The notes under the pieces: generated by a model
What the model saw: only the letters and a program-made list of their open reading frames with translations
Database searches by the model: none
Told to the model about the DNA's origin: nothing
Part shown: positions 61,184 through 64,000 of the stretch, piece after piece
Layout: the number at the start of each line of letters is the position of its first letter
Position numbering within the stretch: the stretch's first letter is position 1
Translations under genes and position numbers: made by a program
Source of the DNA: Myxococcota bacterium
GTDB taxonomy: Bacteria > Myxococcota_A > UBA9160 > UBA4427
Direction: 5' to 3'
DNA length: 64,000 nucleotides
Assembly (NCBI GenBank): GCA_965250285.1
Contig: OZ252299.1
Span: 3,296,001 to 3,360,000, forward strand

Positions 61184-62982
61184 GCGAACCGACGGCGAAC
61201 GAATCGCCTGCCGCCTACTACGCCCGACAGCTCGGCGAAGCGAGCCTCGAGGCGACCCGCTGGACGAGCCTCGAGCGCCGCTTGTCGACCCTGCGCCTCG
61301 TCGTCTTCGCGGTCAGCGCCGGGGCCGCATGGCTCGTGTTCGGCACCCGCGATTGGCCGCAGCTCGCGTTCTGGCCGTGTGTGCTGGCGTTCGTCGCGCT
61401 GATCATCGTGCACGACCGCGTGATCGCGCGACGCCGCCGAGCCGAGCGCGTCGTCGCGCACTTCGAAGGCGGCCTCGCCCGCATCGAGGAGCGCTGGGCC
61501 GGGCGCGGCATCTCGGGCGATCGCTTTCGCGACCCGACCCACCCCTACGCCGACGACCTCGATCTGTTCGGCGAAGGATCGATCTTCGAGCTGCTCTGCA
61601 CCGCCCAGACCGCTGCCGGCCAGGATCGGCTGGCCGCCTGGCTCCGCGCGCCGTCGGAGGCCGCCGACGCCCGCGCGCGTCAGGCCTGCGTGCAAGAGCT
61701 CGCGCCGCGGGCCGAGCTGCGGCGCGACCTGGCGCTCCTCGGCCAGGACGTCGGCGACGCCGTGTCGACCGACGTACTGACCGGCTGGGCCGAGCAGCCC
61801 CCGAAGCTCGGCTCGGCCGCGCTGCCGATCGTCGCCGGTCTCTTCTCCGCCGCTTCGATTGCGGCGCTCGCCCTGTGGATCTTCACGTCGGCCGGCGCGA
61901 TCCCGTTCCTGCTCACCGCGCTCGCGCAGGCGGCCTTCGCCGCGGTGCTGCGACCGAAGGTGCGCCCCGTGCTGCGATCCGCCGAGGCGCCCACGCGTCA
62001 TCTGTCGATTCTGACCGGGTTGCTCGCGCGGTTCGAGAGCGAGCCGATGACCGCGCCGCACTTGCAGGCGCTCAAGGCCAAGCTCGAGTCGTCGGGCCGA
62101 CCACCTTCGCACGAGATCGCGCGCCTGCGCCGGCTCGTCGACCTGATGGAGGCGCGACACAACCAGCTCTTCGCGCCGGTCGGCGGGCTGCTGCTCTGGG
62201 GCAGCCAGATCGCCTTCGCCCTCGAGCGCTGGCGGGCGCGCTGCGGCGCGGCCCTCCACACGTGGATCGACGCCGCCGCCGAACTCGAGGCCCTCTGCGC
62301 GCTCGCAGGCTACGCCTACGAACACGGCGACGATGCCTGGCCCGAGATCGTCGACGCCCCGGCACTCTTCGATGGTGAAGGCCTCGGCCACCCCCTGCTC
62401 CCGGCCGCCGACTGCGTACGCAACGACCTCACGCTCGCCGAGACGCCGCGAGTGCTCATGATGAGCGGCTCGAACATGTCGGGGAAGAGCACGATGCTGC
62501 GCACCGTCGGCTGCAACCTGGTGCTCGCGCTCGCGGGCGCGCCGGTGCGCGCGACGCGGCTGCGCGTGTCGCCCCTGCAGCTCGCGGCGTCGATCCGCAT
62601 CAGCGACTCGCTGCAGACCGGCACCTCGCACTTCTACGCCGAGATCAAGCGCCTGCGTCAGGTCGTCGAGCTCACCGACGGCGACCGACCGGTGCTGTTC
62701 CTGCTCGACGAGGTGCTGCACGGCACCAATTCACACGACCGCACCATCGGCGCGGGGGCCGTCGTGAAGGGCCTCATCGAGAAGCGCGCGCTCGGCCTGG
62801 TGACCACGCACGACCTCGCCCTCGCGCGGCTCACCGAAGACCTCGCGCCGGCGCTCGAGAACGTCCACTTCCAGGACGAGATCATCGACGGCGAGATGCG
62901 CTTCGACTACCGCCTCCAGCCCGGCATCGTCACGCGCAGCAACGCACTCGAGCTGATGCGAAGCGTCGGGCTCGACGTCTGA
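61180..62982 (+). CDS. Membrane-anchored MutS-family ATPase (no mismatch-binding domain)
   Basis: N-terminal TM pairs; HPYADDLDLFG; GSNMSGKST, SHFYAEIKRL, LDEVLHGTNS and TTHDL motifs; GTGA overlap with thiD. Confidence 0.88.
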   Translation: MSEPTANESPAAYYARQLGEASLEATRWTSLERRLSTLRLVVFAVSAGAAWLVFGTRDWPQLAFWPCVLAFVALIIVHDRVIARRRRAERVVAHFEGGLARIEERWAGRGISGDRFRDPTHPYADDLDLFGEGSIFELLCTAQTAAGQDRLAAWLRAPSEAADARARQACVQELAPRAELRRDLALLGQDVGDAVSTDVLTGWAEQPPKLGSAALPIVAGLFSAASIAALALWIFTSAGAIPFLLTALAQAAFAAVLRPKVRPVLRSAEAPTRHLSILTGLLARFESEPMTAPHLQALKAKLESSGRPPSHEIARLRRLVDLMEARHNQLFAPVGGLLLWGSQIAFALERWRARCGAALHTWIDAAAELEALCALAGYAYEHGDDAWPEIVDAPALFDGEGLGHPLLPAADCVRNDLTLAETPRVLMMSGSNMSGKSTMLRTVGCNLVLALAGAPVRATRLRVSPLQLAASIRISDSLQTGTSHFYAEIKRLRQVVELTDGDRPVLFLLDEVLHGTNSHDRTIGAGAVVKGLIEKRALGLVTTHDLALARLTEDLAPALENVHFQDEIIDGEMRFDYRLQPGIVTRSNALELMRSVGLDV

Positions 62983-62988
62983 GGCGCA

Positions 62989-63786
62989 TCAGCTGCCCGG
63001 CGGCACCACCGCGATCGCGCGCAGCGGCGCGCCGCTGCCACCCACGATCTTCATCGGCAGTGCGACGACCTCGAAACCCGAGGCCGGCAACCCCTCCAGG
63101 CCGGTCAGGTTCTCGAACGCAGGCACGTTGGCTTGCATCAGGATGCGGTGCGTCTCGAAGCCGGTCGACTTGCCGTAGTCGATGCTCGCCGTATCGAGGC
63201 CGACGGCCGCGATCCCGCGCTGCTCGACGAGCCAGCGGGCCGCGTCGGCCCCGAGCCCCGGGAAGCTCAGCTCGGCCACGGCGGCCTTGCCGCGCCCAGC
63301 GGTGCCCAGGTACGCGAGGCGATCCGGCCAGAACGCCGCGAAGCCCGTATCGATGAGGACGATGGTGCCCGGCCTGATCCGACCGTGCGCCTGCTCCCAG
63401 GCCATGAAATCGTCGACCGTGACCCGGTAGTCTCGATCCGCAGCGCACGCCTCGCGTACGTCGACCCGAATCGCCGAACCGACCAGCGTCTCGATCGGGA
63501 TCTCTTCGACCGTGTGTCGCCCCTCTGCGAAGTGGCGAGGCGCGTCGAGGTGCGTGCCCCCGTGTTCGGCGCTCGCGAATCGGTTGGCAGCGTAGTAGTA
63601 GCCGCCCTCGGTCATGCCGGCGGCTTCGACATCGAGCTCGAAGTCGGGCTCGGTCGGCCAGTAGATCGTCTCGCCATCGTAGCCGTGCGAGAGGTCGACC
63701 AGCCTGGCGTCGCTCACGCGCGGCATCGGGTGGGCGCATGCAACCATGCACGCGAGGCTCGTGAGCAGGGCGAGTCGGATCGTCAC
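62989..63786 (-). CDS. Cyclase family (kynurenine formamidase-like) metal hydrolase, predicted lipoprotein
   Basis: EHGGTHLDAP, GLDTASID, ENL and PMKI.GGSGAPLR motifs; lipobox-like MVAC. Confidence 0.9.
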   Translation of the reverse strand: MTIRLALLTSLACMVACAHPMPRVSDARLVDLSHGYDGETIYWPTEPDFELDVEAAGMTEGGYYYAANRFASAEHGGTHLDAPRHFAEGRHTVEEIPIETLVGSAIRVDVREACAADRDYRVTVDDFMAWEQAHGRIRPGTIVLIDTGFAAFWPDRLAYLGTAGRGKAAVAELSFPGLGADAARWLVEQRGIAAVGLDTASIDYGKSTGFETHRILMQANVPAFENLTGLEGLPASGFEVVALPMKIVGGSGAPLRAIAVVPPGS

Positions 63787-63844
63787 GGCGGGGCCTCCTA
63801 CGACAGACCGCCGAATCTAGCGCCTTCATACTGCGCGACGGCCC

Positions 63845-63892
63845 AACGAAGAACGGCCGCCGAGCCACCCAAGAGGGTCGCTCGACGGCCGT
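63845..63892 (-). terminator. Intrinsic terminator of the gene entering from the right edge
   Basis: Minus strand reads ACGGCCGTCGAGCGACCC-TCTT-GGGTGGCTCGGCGGCCGT followed by TCTTCGTT. Confidence 0.7.
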
Positions 63893-63943
63893 GTTTCGCC
63901 GTTGAACCACGGGATTTGCCGCCCCGTGGCCCGGGTGCGCGTG

Positions 63944-64000
63944 TCAGCGTCTTCGGCGTGCGGCCATCCATCCCAGTCCTGCTGCAAGGAGCAGGGCCGT
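63944..64000 (-). CDS. C-terminal fragment of a probable PEP-CTERM-type sorted protein
   Basis: Manual translation gives ...TALLLAAGLGWMAARRRR*, a TM plus Arg cluster. The PEP motif itself would lie just outside the window. Confidence 0.55.
   Translation of the reverse strand, partial: TALLLAAGLGWMAARRRR

Overview
This 64-kb window is very GC-rich, gene-dense bacterial chromosome. Gene content (EI-Ntr ptsP, a small XRE regulator, a Bat/MoxR operon, an AsmA-like protein, a probable PEP-CTERM tail) suggests a diderm bacterium, possibly Myxococcota/Deltaproteobacteria-like; that placement is inference. About 55 CDSs can be supported. They include Hsp20 (partial), a family III CoA-transferase, an E. 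coli-type frdABCD operon, aguB/aguA, a NYN RNase, an MMPL/RND transporter, PDRP, leuS, a LolA-like/2xFtsX/ATPase/porin operon behind heme O synthase, ptsP, AsmA-rfaE2-MoxR-DUF58-Bat genes, moeA, ntrBC-thiE-nupC-acetoacetyl-CoA ligase-SDR, a WYL regulator, lspA, PaaX-desaturase, ApbC, thiD with a membrane-anchored MutS-like gene, and a cyclase. I saw no tRNA, rRNA, CRISPR array, transposase, integrase or prophage. The best leads for something undescribed are: (1) an orphan MMPL/RND transporter with a ~154-aa insert; (2) the cyoE-led Lol-like export operon; (3) several homologues with altered catalytic motifs (PlsC, MobA, questin-oxidase-like, ApbC); (4) readable regulatory DNA (tandem NtrC-type boxes, a PaaX-type operator over a probably leaderless promoter, and a highly structured XRE/asmA intergenic region). 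All family calls come from motif recognition by eye, not database searches.
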